A stretch of DNA of 64,000 nt from the human T2T-CHM13v2.0 reference genome, Homo sapiens, in NCBI RefSeq assembly GCF_009914755.1, contig NC_060930.1. One strand, given 5' to 3'. The notes under the pieces were generated by a model. The model ran no database searches. It saw only the letters and a program-made list of their open reading frames with translations, and was not told where the DNA came from. Positions 29,277-44,997 of this stretch are shown here, piece by piece. The position numbers were made by a program, and so were the translations under genes. The stretch's first letter is position 1. Every line of letters starts with the position of its first letter.

Positions 29277-30154
29277 CTGTTATTTCCATCAGAAAAAGAA
29301 TACCTGATATTAACTTGTTCTGATTTGGAAGTCAGAGAGGCACACATAATTCTTAAACAAAATTTTAATTTCAACCCAAAATGGTTAATTTTTAAAGTGT
29401 AGTGCTTTGAGTGAAATTCACTATACACTAATCTAAACCTCCAGATTTATAGATAATTGAGATTTTGTGATAGCATTTTTTCATATAAAAAATGAATTAT
29501 AATGCCTGAATATTTGAAATGCTGAGGTTTTTTAAAATTTAGATATTGAAAAGACCCTTTAATTATCAGAGGGCAACAGATCCATGCATTTAAAAGCTAA
29601 GACTTTTGTTACAGTTGTCAGAATCCTTAATATCATGATTTTTATGGGTTTTTTTTTTAATACAGAGATAAATGACTTCACACTATTTCAGGATTTTTGA
29701 TGTGCGAGTGGGTAGATGGTGTGGGAGGATATAATGACTAAGAGTTGAAGAAAAACTTTTGAAGAGTTCCTAAGTGTTGGAAAAGTTTAGCTGTGCCGTG
29801 TGTGAGGAGAAAATCCCTATATGAAGTTCAGCAGCAGCGAGCTCAGAGGAATAGGACCAAATCAAGTAACACTCATTACGCTTTCTTTGTTCTTCTTAGA
29901 TATCCCAGTGGGACAGAATTAGAATTCCAGAAAATAGTGTACCAATCCAAGGTATGACTTCAACAGCATACAGCTAAGGTTCTACAGAAAACACTTTTTC
30001 ACCTAACTGCAGCTTCTTAATATCATCATACTGCATTTATACAGCCAGAAAAGAAGCCGTTTGAATGACATTTTCAAATGTAAACTCTTTTGTTTTGTTA
30101 ATTAGATATAGTTTATAAACTGTCCAAGTAGAGAATGAAGGAATATTAACAACC

Positions 30155-30466
30155 TTTTTTTTTTTTTTTTTTTTTTAAAACAGGGTCTCACTTTGTCACC
30201 CAGGCTGGAGTGCAGGAGTGCAATGGTGCCGTCTCAGCTCACTGAAACCTCCACCTGCCAGGCTCAAGCCATCTTCCCACCCCAGCCTCCCGAGTAGTTA
30301 GGATGACAAGTGCACGCCACCACACCCGGCTAATTTTTGTATTTTTTGTGGAGACAAGTTTTCACCATATTGCCCAGGCTGGTCTTCAACTCGTGGGCTC
30401 AGGTGATCTGCCTGCCTCAGCCTCCCACAGTGCTGGGATTACAGGCATCAGCCACCACACGCAGCC
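30155..30466 (-). mobile_element. AluJ
   Basis: Antisense Alu with long poly-T. Confidence 0.9.
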
Positions 30467-30698
30467 TTAAAAACTACTTTCAATTAGCCTAGTTTGAGTT
30501 ATGAATTTTTGTTTTTTTTTAATTAAAGAACAGTAGAGAATTTTAGTCAGCTGAGGAGTAGCAATCGCTCTCAATTAAAAACAAGAATAAATTGATACCA
30601 TATTAAATTATTTTTACTGTACTAGTTTTGTTGTGGTTTCAATTAAACACCATCGTCAACAGAAAAATCTCATCCACAATTAGAAAAAATCATATAGG

Positions 30699-30999
30699 GG
30701 CCAGGCACAGTGGCTCTCGCCTGTAATCCCAGCACTTTGGGAGGCTGAGACGGGTGAACTGCACTGAGCTCAGGAGTTTAAGACCAGCCTGCGCAACATG
30801 ATGAAACCCTGTCTCTATAAAAATACAAAAATTAGCCAGGCGTGGTAGCATGCACCTCTAATCCCAGCTACCCAGGAGGTTCAGGCTGGACAATCACTTG
30901 AGCCAGGGAAGCGGAGATTGAAGTAAGCCAAGATTGCACCACTGCACTCCAGCCTGGGTGACAGAGTGAGACCCTGTCTCAATTTAAACAAACAAAAAA
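30699..30999 (+). mobile_element. AluJ
   Basis: Full-length sense Alu. Confidence 0.9.
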
Positions 31000-32448
31000 C
31001 TGTATATAGAAACACTTATCATCCACACTTCAAATTCCCTGAAAGCTTCATAACTTCAATATAAAAGCAGAGAATTCAAGCATGGTTATTTCAACACTGA
31101 TCTGAATGCATTTAAAAACTGCAATTATGTCAAAAAAAGATTTTAGAAATCCCATACCATTTAAAAGTAGAGAGACTTGATGGACTCATGCAAACTTGTC
31201 TCCGGGGTAGAGACAAGGCTCGTCTCAGACTTACTCAGCATTGTTTACTTAGTACCTTTATTCTGACCACCATGGCTTATGCTGGTAGGACACGGCATAT
31301 TTGGAAAAGAAAAATATTTGCACTGTAAATTCTTGGAGATACATATATTTGGCATTCTGCTGTTTAGATATAAATGGGGGAAAAGTGAAGTAACCTCACA
31401 AAAAAAACATGATGATGGCAGCCTGGAAAAAGATCAAAGGTCTAAGCCCTTTTGACTTACTCAGAGCCTCTGAGTAGGAAACATAGAGAATAAAGGAAAT
31501 ATTAGAGAGACTGAACAAAACGGGCAGCTCCTCTAGAATCGGCTGGATGGAATGCTCGCTTGCTCTAAGGCCAAAGCTCTGCCTGGCTTTCCTGCAAATC
31601 AGCGCAGTGTAGTGAATTTTATTTTAACAATAAACTAAATGTCAGGTGCCAAAAACAACTAGAATTATTGTTTTCCTGTGCAGTTGTGTATATAGCCAGC
31701 TATTTTCTTTTCATAAAATGAAGAAATGTCTAATTTCAACTTAACCATGTGGCATTTTGCATTGCTCTCTGTTCAGAACAATATTGAAGAAATAGGTTAA
31801 TCTTATTCAATTTCATATGTTATTAAGATTATCACTTTGGTCTAGGATTCAATCCACAATCTTTAAAGAACAGGACTGATAACAATTGCAAATGACATGA
31901 TATTAATTTTAACCTGTCTCAGTGAGAATTGTTATACACACACGTATGTATACAACAATTGTTATACATAATTGTTACATGCGTATAAAATAAACCATTT
32001 TTAAAGAAAAGTAACTGAAGTTGCTAGGTCCAAATAAACATTCACATCATCCTCAGCATCTATCCTGAGAGTAGAGGTGGGGGCATCAAGATATCCATCC
32101 CCTTAGCATTTTCTAAGTGAGACAATTTGGACAAAAGTAAACTGTAATCAGTGATTTCCTCCAAAAATGAAATGCTAAGTTATCTACATTACTACAGATT
32201 CAGTAAAATTAGTATGTCATTATTTGTATGTCTGAATTAAAGAGTTTCAACATTTTTATTACATGGTTAAATTTGTCATTGCAGAATAAATGGATAAATA
32301 ACATCATTATACGAATAAATCAGAACTCTCAGTAATTACCAAGAGTAAAGGGTAGAGAAACAAGGTTGCCAAACCTGTGCAGTATGCTACAGATGCCCAT
32401 CAGATATTCTATCTCATATAAAACGTAAGTTTAACAGAAATACTCTTA

Positions 32449-32855
<407 letters not shown>

Positions 32856-34230
32856 AAAGATACTGAGTCTGAGATTACAGGAAACGGAATGAACACCACC
32901 CTTCACCAGGAGGAAGCCACAGAAGCCGTCTTGGTCTTGAATCATAGGAAATTAAATTCTAGTTTGAGCTTCAAGCTGTTAAGAAAGCTCAGGTATGAGA
33001 CTGTGACAGCAAACATCAAATAACAGCCACACAGAAAACCCCTGAGGACAAACAGTGAGACCTTCTCTCTCCACTGAGAAGTTTCTTTAGGCTGTAATCT
33101 CTACCAACATCTTAGACTTCAGGGAATCATTGTGAAATGCACTGTTTTGAGCATGAGATGCCTGAAAAAGCAGAGCTATGCTCTGAATCCTACCAGGCAA
33201 CAAGCAGCTGGGAGAACAGGACTTACTGCAATCCCTGCAGTTCAAAATAATCTAACAAAAAAAGAGACTATGACTTTGATCCACAAATTGGTAAATCTTG
33301 GTCAGCGAATTTCTGCCCCAATGATACAACCATGAGGGGTGAAGCGGCCGTGGAGAAACCAGATCACAACAGACCAGTCGAATCCAATACCTTTCATCAC
33401 AAGTATGGGAATGAGTGTTCCTTTGGGCACATGAACTTCTCAGGGAACACCAGCTACAGGACATTTCCTACTGACATCTGTGGGAGATCATTTTGCCTAT
33501 TAGAGCTGTATACCCAAGAATTACGCAGATTTGCCAAGATGGGATCCCAGTTCTAGCTCAAATTCACAAGGCGTCCCTCCCAATGGAGGGGGCATGATTA
33601 AAGCATCACCATCACCTGTGTATTTTTCAGCAACTCAATATGCTGGAAGAGATTCCTTCACAACTTCTGGAAATAGCATACCATACTTCTGAGAAGAAAG
33701 AAAAGTCACCGTGTCAAAAAAAAAAAAGAAAAGAAAAAAGAAAAAAAAGAAACAGCTTTTGATCTTGGTCTGATTGTAACTCTGCAGAATAGAGCAAATG
33801 CCTTTGGTTTAGACATCTATAAGATGTAGACTGACTTCTCTACATCAAAACCAAGACACTATGCAGCTTTACATTTTTAAATCTTCAAGGAGAGGCTTAA
33901 GGCATCAAGGAGAGATTCAAGAATCAATAATAAAGGGGCACAGGTTGGCACACCCGTTCAGTTCATGTCCCTGAAATGTGGCTCAGAAGCGGCCACTTTA
34001 AGTGATCTCTAGTAAAGATATCCTATACATTAACTTTTCTTTACCTATACATTAACTTTTCTTTATAGCTACAGAAATTACAGAGTAGAAAAAAACTGTA
34101 AAACCCCCTTGGAAGGGAGAAAGAAGATGGAATAATTGAGGGGAAAAATGAAATCAAATAGCAAACATTTCAAAACCCAACATTTATGTCTTCAAAGGAA
34201 ACAGGGAAAGGTCGTCTGGAGGAGTATTAG

Positions 34231-34543
<313 letters not shown>

Positions 34544-34666
34544 TGAAGTGATATATATAACCTGAATCCTTATAAATTCAAATGTAAACAGACTCATAGG
34601 GTCTGCTATTTAAGAAAGTCCTATCAGAAAAACAATTCTTTTTTTTCCAAAGTGTGTAATCTCCTG

Positions 34667-34822
34667 AGTGGTTCTGAAAGTCAAGAGTGCAACAGAATCA
34701 CCTCGCGATGACTGACAAGCTGCGGGCCCCTCCCTCACGGCTTCTGTTTCAGTGCGTCTGGGGTAGGGCCCAGGAATTTGCGTTTTTAGTATAATTTCAG
34801 GCCATGTGCTTTGAGAATCAAT
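34667..34822. mobile_element. MER5A (hAT-Charlie)
   Basis: gtggttctgaaa...agaatcacct...ctggggtagggcccaggaatttgcgtttt...ctttgagaa. Confidence 0.7.
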
Positions 34823-37454
34823 GCCTCCGATCAGCGGATCTGCAGGGTTTGTGGAATGCATGTGTCTGCAGCGGTGCCCACTGAAGATCGTGTGTGTGTG
34901 TGTGGAGCGTCATGGGTTGTTGAGGAGTGTGCGGAGTGTATCTGTTGGTTTCTTGAGAGAACAGGGCACAGCTGGGAGAGTGAGCCTGGGCTTTCTAGGA
35001 GAAACCTCAAGCTGAACCTGAGTCCTGCAACTTTATTAGCTGTGTGGCTGGTTCCCCTTATGTAAAACAAAGGTAACACACTCAGGATTGTATTCGATAC
35101 CAAATAAATGAAGATTACTTACCTCACCTTGTTCCAGAGAACATTTAAGAAAGTTTTCAAATATACACAAACTACAGCGAGACAAAGATAGCATGCATTA
35201 AACTGAAATGAAAAAGAAGAAAGCAAACAAGAGGTAGGGAAGTAAAACAGAAGCAGGAAAGGAGATAACACAAAACACACGCCACAAAAGTGACACACAG
35301 GCTACGGAGAAGCCATAAATTTGACTGTAAACTGACAAGGTGAAAATTTGAACTCGTAGTTTACAAAACTCAGTGCCCACAGAAAGAAAGTAACCACTTG
35401 TTCTGGAAAAACAGAACGGTACTCCTGGTACTAAGACAATGTGCACGTGCCCCAAGTGTCAGTCTTTCCTAACAAACTTTCTGTAGACACAATCTCATTC
35501 TGATGTCCCCAGAACCCATGCTTCACACTGGCTAGTTCCACATGGCATGGTCCAGGTGGCTCCATGGGTCCCTGGCCTGTGTTCATTTAAGCATTTATAT
35601 AGCGACCATCGCTCTATGTTGCCTGGGAAGTGGTTGGACTACTACTCCTCCAGGTTGCCAATGAAATAAAGATCCATTTGCCTTAATCAATAATTAAGAG
35701 GGGAGGTAGAGGGGACATTCCTTTAGTAAATTGAGTGGGCAACTCACACTCCTAGTAGCAGTCACTTCACTAAGACTGAGAGGCAGCCTAAGGGCTTCCT
35801 TTAGGTAGGCGCAGTATTCTCCGTGGAAAAATGTTTGGAATCACTCTAATTGAGAGATGATCAGGCAAGTATGATCCCAAAATAAAATAGCATTAAAAGG
35901 TACGTGCCTAACATAGAGATTGGATTGATAAAAGGCATCAGAAAAGGTTAATATCTCCCAAAGGAATATTATTTGTTATTTCATTGGTGGGGGTAGTGGT
36001 TATTATTTTTCATTTTGTAAGACTGAATACCAGCACCAGTTTAGTCTTGGCACAGGCAAAATGTCAGAGATGGGGTTTGTCTTCATGGTGCAAGTCAAGT
36101 GGGGTGTGAGTGTGTGTGTGTGTGTGGGTGTGTGTGCATGCACGCGTGCACGACCATCACAGCGGATTTGGAATTACGCTATCCAAGCAAACAAGTGGGT
36201 ACTTTAGAGTATATCTACTTTTAACTTATTCCAAAGAGATTTGTGGCAAATCTAAACATTTTCTTAGCTATGAATTCTATAAAATTTATTCAGAGGTTTC
36301 AAATAAGTACTTAAGACAGTTTCACGTACATACAAATCAATGAACAGACCTACACAAATCAATAGACTATCGTAAACACAGCGTGAACTTTGGTTTTAGT
36401 AACATACACCATTTGGGGCATACAAGAATAAAGGTACCTTTAATAACGATTAGAGAAAAATTATTAATAAAAAATAGAGGTAGACATATCTTGTTTGATA
36501 GAAACAGAAGATTCCATTCTCTTAATAGAAAAATATTATATACTGCACCATTACAGTAAGCTGCCTGTATGCAGTGTTTCGAAGAATAACATTTAAAATA
36601 ACTGCAAATATCACAAGCTAAGTGTTATCATTATGTAAGCATTTTACTGTAATAGGAGCCATTCCCATGACCTCTGGGAAATCCCTTAGCTCTTGTTTTA
36701 TTTTTATACCAATTTCAAATGCATAATTCTATCTGTAAACAGACATTTACATTTACATGGTTCCCCTCTTGTTTGCCTAGGACATATGATGCATATTATC
36801 AAAGGAATCCCCTACTTCCTATTCCTGGGTTAGGGTAAACCCTGGGAAGTAGACCTCAAGTGCTCACCTCAACACACTTTATCCCATTAGCAAACACACA
36901 GCTAGTTCACTGGCTATGTGAAAAGGAAATCCCTCCCATACACACACACACACACAAACACTCTTCAAAATAAAGTTACAATAATTTTCCTAGGAGCAAA
37001 ATTGAAGTAGAAATATTGAAATATGACTTGCCAAGTTACATTTATGAAATGCATATTCTACTCATGTAGAATTTTGAGAATCAATCATTTAAAAGAAGAA
37101 CTCCAATTTTATTACAATTTACAGCTTTTCAAAAAACCTTCACAAGGAAAAATGCAGGCAAAACCAGCCCTTACAGGAAACCTCACATTCCAGACGTTCC
37201 ACAGGCTGAGGCCCCAACTGTATCCCCAAGAACAGCTGCTGTCTGTTCCCCTCCAGCTTCCCACCCTAAATGCAATACTTACGGTTCACAAAAGGACATT
37301 TGCCACGCAAGCTATTATTTTGCAAAAACTGGATAGACTGTTTATGCATCTGCCCGAACACATTTGTGAAGTACTAATTGGAGGTGCAGAAATGAGGCTC
37401 CTTTTGATGCCCTGTGTTTGCTTGTGTCAGGCATCTTTCCATCTGCTGTAGAAA

Positions 37455-37870
37455 TGCTCTGCCTAGGTCCAGCCACCCCTCACCTCGGAAGGGCAAGTCA
37501 CTTAACACCTCAAAGCCACTTTTAGTATCTGTAAAATAAAGGGATCTCAATAGCCTGCCTCTCTAACAAGACTGCCATGACCCACCTGAGACGATTCATG
37601 TGAAAATTGTCAGACTGTAAATGAAATCATCATGGAAATGAAAGAGCAGCTCATATGTATTCAGCCCACTGTCCTACACACCTATTATTTAATTAATTTA
37701 ACCCTTTGGACTGCTTGATGAACAAGGGTACTATTATTTTCATCCCATGTTATAAATGAACTGAGGCAAAAAGGATAGTTATGCAATAAACTTCTCACAG
37801 ACTATAAGAGATGGGACCAGGATTTGCAGCTAGCTAGGGTGACCCCAGGACCGATGCACTTAACCAGCTT
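37455..37870. mobile_element. Two MIR fragments in opposite orientation
   Basis: gggcaagtcacttaac...atctgtaaaata (plus), and tattattttcatcccat...aaatgaactgaggca (minus). Confidence 0.6.
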
Positions 37871-39651
37871 GCTCAGTGGAACGGCAAAGAATCACAGATC
37901 AAGGCTGAAGCAATAAAAAACAATCAAAACAACCACCACCACCTATACCATACTAGGATGTGGCTTCCAGAATGTGGCCCTGATTCTGTCACCGCACACA
38001 TGTCCTGCCAGAAAAGCCACTGCACCACCCAGGCCCTGCCTAGGTGTCCTTAACGTGCAAGGTTTGTACCTGACTGAATGACGGTGTCCAGCTTTATGGC
38101 GGACGGGTAACATACACAAGACTGCGGAAAATTTTTCACATTTGGCATGGAAAAAGAGAAAGACTACACATGCAGTCAAAATTCATTCCATACATTCTGG
38201 AGAACGTCCTGTGTGTCGGGCAGCATAACAGGGTCACAAAAACAAAACCCCACTTTGTTTCCAGGCATCATGTTAAGTGGCAAAAGGTTCTGCGTCAATA
38301 GTGCAAGCTTCTTCTCATCCAAGGATCGGAAAAAGAAAGGCAAGGACAGGGGTCATCGACCCAGGACCCAAGTTTCCCCGGCACAGGCGGGGCGAGTCCT
38401 CCCAGATTTGTACTCAAGACTTTACGGAGCTATCACGGAATTCTCTGTGGAATGATATTTACAATAAGGGCAGAACGCCAAAGCAGAAGGCAAAATCTGG
38501 CTTGATTTTCCCCAGAGCCAAAAGATAATTTCTCAAAATATGCCTTGTCTTTATCTCTTGAAATGAGAAAACGCTTTGTAGCCTTCATTCACCACAATCC
38601 CATCTCCCATAGGTTTTTATTCCATTTCCCATCTCCTCCTTTCCTCCAGCCAGCCCTCGCCTGCCGTTAGCAGATGTTGTCAGTAACATCTCTTTTTAAA
38701 TGGGTCAGAAATTCTCTGTGCTGGGTGAAAGAGGCCAACTCAACATGGTATCTAATCAGATTCAAAGATTATGCCTTTGTGAAATGCCTCATTGGAAAGC
38801 CTCTTACTTCCCACCACCCTCCCCCCACCAAAAAAGAAAAGAAAAAGTATTTTAACCCTTTCTGTTTGGCGATGATTCTACTATGCAACACATTCACCTT
38901 CCTTTTTATTTTCACTTTATACTTCAGATAACTTTTAAAGCACAGTAAGAGTCAAAACTAAACGCAAATAAAAGCCAACTACAAATGGAGTTAACAAAGA
39001 GGAAGGACGAGAAGGAAGGCAAGAGACAGAGAGAGAGGGTGGAAGGAGTCGTTTTATATCAAAGCAAATATAGCTTTAAAATAAAAATGATTTAATTTTC
39101 TTATACCAATTCTTGCCATTGTGTTGTGTTCTGAAAGGACGCATGTAATACACATTCCTGTCTTCAGACCATCTAATTTGCACTGGTTTTTGAGCTAGAA
39201 CATTCAAACTTTATATTTTATATTGCCACATCACTACACAGATAAATGCAAAGAAAATAAAATTTTAAAAAAGGATATACTATGAAATCTTAAACTTCAT
39301 CATTAAAATATATACTAACCAAAACTGGTAAAAGTTAAGTTCGTCATCCCAAGGTTAAGTCGCCCACACAACACCCACATTGCATAATAAGCTATGTATT
39401 TAGTTGCCTACCTAGCAATCTAAAATAGATTATTCAAACAACAATAGAAAGTTAACTACTATACTAAGGGAAAACTAGAGTCTTTAAGAACCTAGAACAC
39501 ACAATTACCACTCAAACATTATATAACAATAAGGCTTATTAACATTTACATTCTGTGTCCTCCAGCTTTTGTAATGACGCCCTAACAATGCTGATTTTTA
39601 TAGTCTACAAAGTACCTTCACATTCATTATTTCATCTTTATCCTGACCAAA

Positions 39652-39760
39652 TGGGAGGGAAGAAGGAAGGGAGGGAAGGAAGGAGGGAGGGAGGGAGGGA
39701 GACAGAGAGAGAGAGAGAGGAAGGCAGGAAGGAAGGAAAGCAGGCAGGCGGCAGGAAGGA
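39652..39760. repeat. GGAA/GA-rich low-complexity repeat within a MIR
   Basis: ggagggaagaaggaagggagg...gagagaga...ggaaggaagg. Confidence 0.85.
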
Positions 39761-40090
39761 AGCTAGCTGGCTGTGTGATAGTAAAATTACCACCATTTTA
39801 CAGATTAGGGAGACATTCAAAAGTTAAACAATTTGCCTAGGAGTCCACAACCAATGTATGGAGGAACCAAATTCAAACTAGTCAATATTCAAACTCCAGT
39901 CAATTGACTGCAAGCGTCACATTCATTACATCACACCCAGAAACCTTGTTTTTCAGCTTTCTGTTGAGACTTTTCATCCTTCCCTTCATTTGCACAATTT
40001 AAAACTCAGAGATTAGTTTTATTTTTAAAGAAAGCCATACCTATTATAATTCTCAACTGCAAAAAAAATCAAGATAAAAAATGAAGAGAG

Positions 40091-40393
40091 GGCAGCATGC
40101 AGTGGCTCACACCTGTAATCCCAGCACTTTGGGAGGCTGAGGCATGTGGATCACCTGAGGTCAGGAGTTCAAGACCAGCCTGGCCAACATGGCAAAATCC
40201 CATCTCTACTAAAAATACAAAAAATCAGCCAGGCATGGTGATGGATGCCTGTAATCCCAGCTACTTGGGAGGCTGAAGCAAGAGAATTCCTTGAACATGA
40301 GTGGTAGAGGTTACAAGGAGCCGAGGTTGCACCATTGCACTCCAGCCTAGGCAACAGAGCAAGACTCTGTCCCAAAAAAAAAAAAAAAAAAAA
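40091..40393 (+). mobile_element. AluS
   Basis: Full-length Alu with poly-A. Confidence 0.9.
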
Positions 40394-40421
40394 AGAGAAA
40401 GAGACATAAAAATCAATCTAT

Positions 40422-40725
<304 letters not shown>

Positions 40726-43700
40726 TCTATACAACCTTGAATCGACTAAAGGTCTTTAAGTTGCATGCATGTAACTCTTTCCCATTAGGGTATAGGAAAT
40801 GCAGACTTAATTAATGTGAAATTTTTAACTGCTGAAAGGCTTTCAAAACATAAAGATTCTAATGGTTTCTATTTACCAGTGTTTTAAAAATTTTTTAAAA
40901 ATTGCCTGCCTTTCTGTTTCTGTTTACTTATTAGATACATATTAAAATTTTTTTTACCATTTTCAAATCACCTATCACAATACATTATTTATTCAGCAAA
41001 CAGGTATATTAAACAAGTATATTCTTGGTCTGCAAAGTTTAAAAGTAAAAATTTCATGTTACTTTATCAGCAAGATTACAAAATTTAAATAAGCTTACTC
41101 AGGTAACTCCAAAATGGGAAAGAAAACAGTTAACATTTTGGCTCAAAGAAAATGAACATAAAAATTAAGAAGAGCTCTTATGTAATAACCTGTTATTCAC
41201 ACACTGTTACAGACCATTAGCCATTAATAAGTGCTGCAGTGTTCCTCTACCTCTTCCCTTCTAAACCTTCCTGTTCAGAAACGCGGAAACCACAACATAT
41301 TCCTATCTGGATGTCAAGTGATTTCAAATGAAGTCTGATAAACTAAGCGATGTTGTTGCTAGAAGATACAAATTTAAATAAAACACAGATTATGTAAACA
41401 GTAGTTTATAAATTTGTTTATAAAATTACTTATGAAAATGGTTTACATAATTGGCCAAGAATAATATAACTCATCTATTAATAAGAAGTATGATAATTTT
41501 GCATTGGCTGTTACTTTGTCCTCAGCCAGCACCTACCAGGAAATATTCAGAATAGTTGCACACAGAACAAATATCACTTGTCTGATGTCACTATATAGTG
41601 TCCATGCAGTCAGAAGAGGTGTCTTAAATCGGTGACCTCAGCACTTGGCCGTGGCCAGCCCTTCAGCTCCTTCCCATCTTCAAGGCAAGCTGATCACAGC
41701 AACATGGCTGTCTGCTTCAACTGACCACAGAAGAGGGATGGACCCAAGAGACTGAATAGAGGAGGATGGCCAGGCTTTCTGAGCAGACACGTGGGGGCCA
41801 GTAAGGGGTGACTGACGCCCAGAGGTCAACAAAGAAAAAAAAATGTTAAAAGTCATAAGAAAGGTTTTTTTAAATCTTTTATTTATCTTTAGAAAGATAA
41901 ATAAAAATACCTAGAAATATGAGGTAGTTAACTAATTATAGCAGCAAACAGAACTGTAAACCTCAAGAGTCCTTTAAAATACATTTCTCTACTATAAAAC
42001 AATAATAACTGATGCTCATAAAAAGGTAAAATATCAGATGCACAACACTATATCTAAGAAGAGAAGGCATCGCACATGTTTTAAAGGTTGATGTCTGAAC
42101 TAACTGAAATCACTAAAAACAGGTGCTTTAAAAGTTACACTTCAGTAATCTGGCAAATGCTTCCCCAGCAATGCTGGCTCTCAAAGAGGCAGAGGTGGTG
42201 CCTCACCCATGATAACCCACAGTCAGAGCGGGCACTGGCCACTCAGCTAATATTGGCAAATATTATTTAGAGTGCCTTGGGGGCAGGCCCTCCACTGAGA
42301 CCCTGAGCACAGCTAAGGCAAAGCAGCCTGGCTCCTCCCTCACTGCACCCACCGTGTGGTGATTCAAGTCTGTTCCTAGATGCCCTAGATGTTCCTGAGC
42401 CTCACTTTGCTTAGGATTCCTCTTCGGACTGTTATGAGAACCAAGGAAGATGAGGAATAGAAAGCAATCTTTGAAACAGAACACGGTCCCGTCTCTGGCA
42501 AGCGGTGTTTCGGTTCATCTCAACTCTCCAGCCACCCTGTACCTCCCACGGCAGCCCCGCAGCCTCTGTCCTGCAGGCCACCAGCTGGAGTGGCAGAGGC
42601 GTGGCTGGTAGGAATCTGGTTTCCTTTGACGCCCATTCGGGGCGTGGAATCATGAACGTGTGTGTGTGTGATGTGCTCATTTCATCGGGGGTGTAACTTA
42701 CTGCTTTGACTCTGGGAAGGTGGAATACCATGATTCTGGAAAGCCACGCCTGCAGTTAAAGATGTCTCCTACCCTTCAGGTCTCTGCACAAGCTGCCCCT
42801 CCGCCAGAAACACCTGCTCTCCCACAGCCCCACATCCATAGGGGCTAACACAGTCTTTTCCTTCTCCTCTGTCTCTTCCTTGGGGAGATGTCCCTAGATG
42901 CCCCGGATGAATGTGGCTTCCCGTGCATATGTGTCTAGCATGATACGTTTGTTCAGGTCGGCCTTGGCCACGAGGCACAGGCTCCCTGAGGTCATGGACG
43001 TCCATCTGTGCACCACCCTATCGACACATAGGAGGCACTCAACAAAGGACTCAGGCTGTATTTAGGAGGGACACAGCCACATTAACGTGGAATTAAAATA
43101 AAGAAAATATAATCAATTGCAGAGATTTTAGAGGGGTAGTGCTCTGCAAAGCACTGAGGTGTATATAGCCCCACATAATCATTCTGGTTACAACAGTGGT
43201 ACGGACTGGTTGGAAGTTGAAAGACTAGCCCCTGGAATCCTCTCTGATCTTGCTGAGGAGACTTGTAAGACAGATCTCAAGTAAAACCATTTGTAGTCCT
43301 TATGCCTGTTGGCTGTACCAGTCCGGCCTTTATGCTTTCAGACACTCTCAGGTGGGTGAACGCTACACAGCCTAGGTAATTCGCTCACATCCAGCCTGTT
43401 AATTCAGCTCTAAAGAGCCCTTTGCATTCACTCGCTCTCTTGCGGCATACCTGCCAAAGAACGTGCGTCCCATCACACATTTTTAAGTTGCCATATAAAA
43501 ATTGTATCACAAGTTTAAATAGTTGTGAATGATGTATGTTCTCACATTTTTTTTTTTACGGCAAATATGCCTCATACATATTTTTGTCAAAACCTGGAGC
43601 TGAGGAATAGTTCACTCAGTCCATGGACCCTGTCCACCAAACAACCTTCCTGGAAAGCCATTCTCCAGTGGCAAGTCAAATAGCTCAATCAGACCTAATT

Positions 43701-43788
43701 TCTGTCTGAAAAGGTTATTTTATAATTTAAATACATCATCTAACTTGCATCCCTGTAACAATTTCTCATTTCTGAATTATAGTTCTAA

Positions 43789-43972
43789 GATAGATGGGAG
43801 GACGGATGGTGGGTAGATGTATGGGTGGATGCATAGGTAGGTGGGTGGATGGATAGATAGGTGAGTGAGTGGGTGGGTGGGTGGATGGATGGATGGATGG
43901 ATGGAGAGACGAGCAGACAGACAGATGAACGGATGGGTGTACAGATGTATGGACAGATGAGTATGTGGATGG
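43789..43972. repeat. (GGAT/GGGT)n degenerate tetranucleotide repeat
   Basis: Directly visible. Confidence 0.88.
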
Positions 43973-44212
43973 AGCCTTGCCATGGGTTTGCTGACTTAGT
44001 GAAATAAAGAGTCTCCCACATTCACAGATGCTCTCCTTAGTTTGTTCTCCCCAAACTCTGCCCTAGGAACAGAGCCTTTTCAGATTGTCCCATCGTTTAG
44101 TACCCCAGAGATTTTTACATGCTGGGGCAATGAGCCATAGTAAGGCTCTGAAGAAGAAAGGGCTATCCCTTTCTTCTTTTGGAAATCGGAGAAAGTCAGT
44201 CGTGAAAACAGA

Positions 44213-44625
44213 TAAGTGAAATAAGCCAGGCACAGAAAGACAAATACTGAATGACCTCGCTTATATTTGGAACTTTTAAAAGAATTCATTGAAGTAGAGA
44301 ACAGAACGGTGGTCACCAGAGGCTGGGACAGGCAGGGATGGGGAAAAGAAAGATCTTGGTCAAAGCATACAGTTTCCATCAGACAGGAGGAATAAGCTTT
44401 AGCTATCCATTGCACAGCATGGTTACCATGGTTAATAATGACATCTTATACATTTAGAAATTGTTAGAAGAATAGATTTTTACATGTTCAAAAAACAATG
44501 ATAAGTGGGTTAAGTGATAGATATGTTAATTCACCTGATTTAATCATTCCACAATGTATGCATACATCAAAGAATCACACTGTACTTCATAAACATATGC
44601 CATTACTAGTCAATTAAAAAATATA
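44213..44625 (+). mobile_element. L1MA-type 3' end
   Basis: aagtgaaataagccaggcacagaaagacaaatac...tttaatcattccacaatgtat...tcaattaaaaaat. Confidence 0.8.
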
Positions 44626-44643
44626 TTTTTAAAAGAAAGCTGA

Positions 44644-44997
<354 letters not shown>

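Noticed and set aside
33813-33850. Overlapping short inverted repeats (acatct/agatgt; gatgtaga/tctacatc)
   Set aside because: Stems of 6-8 bp are expected by chance in 64 kb.
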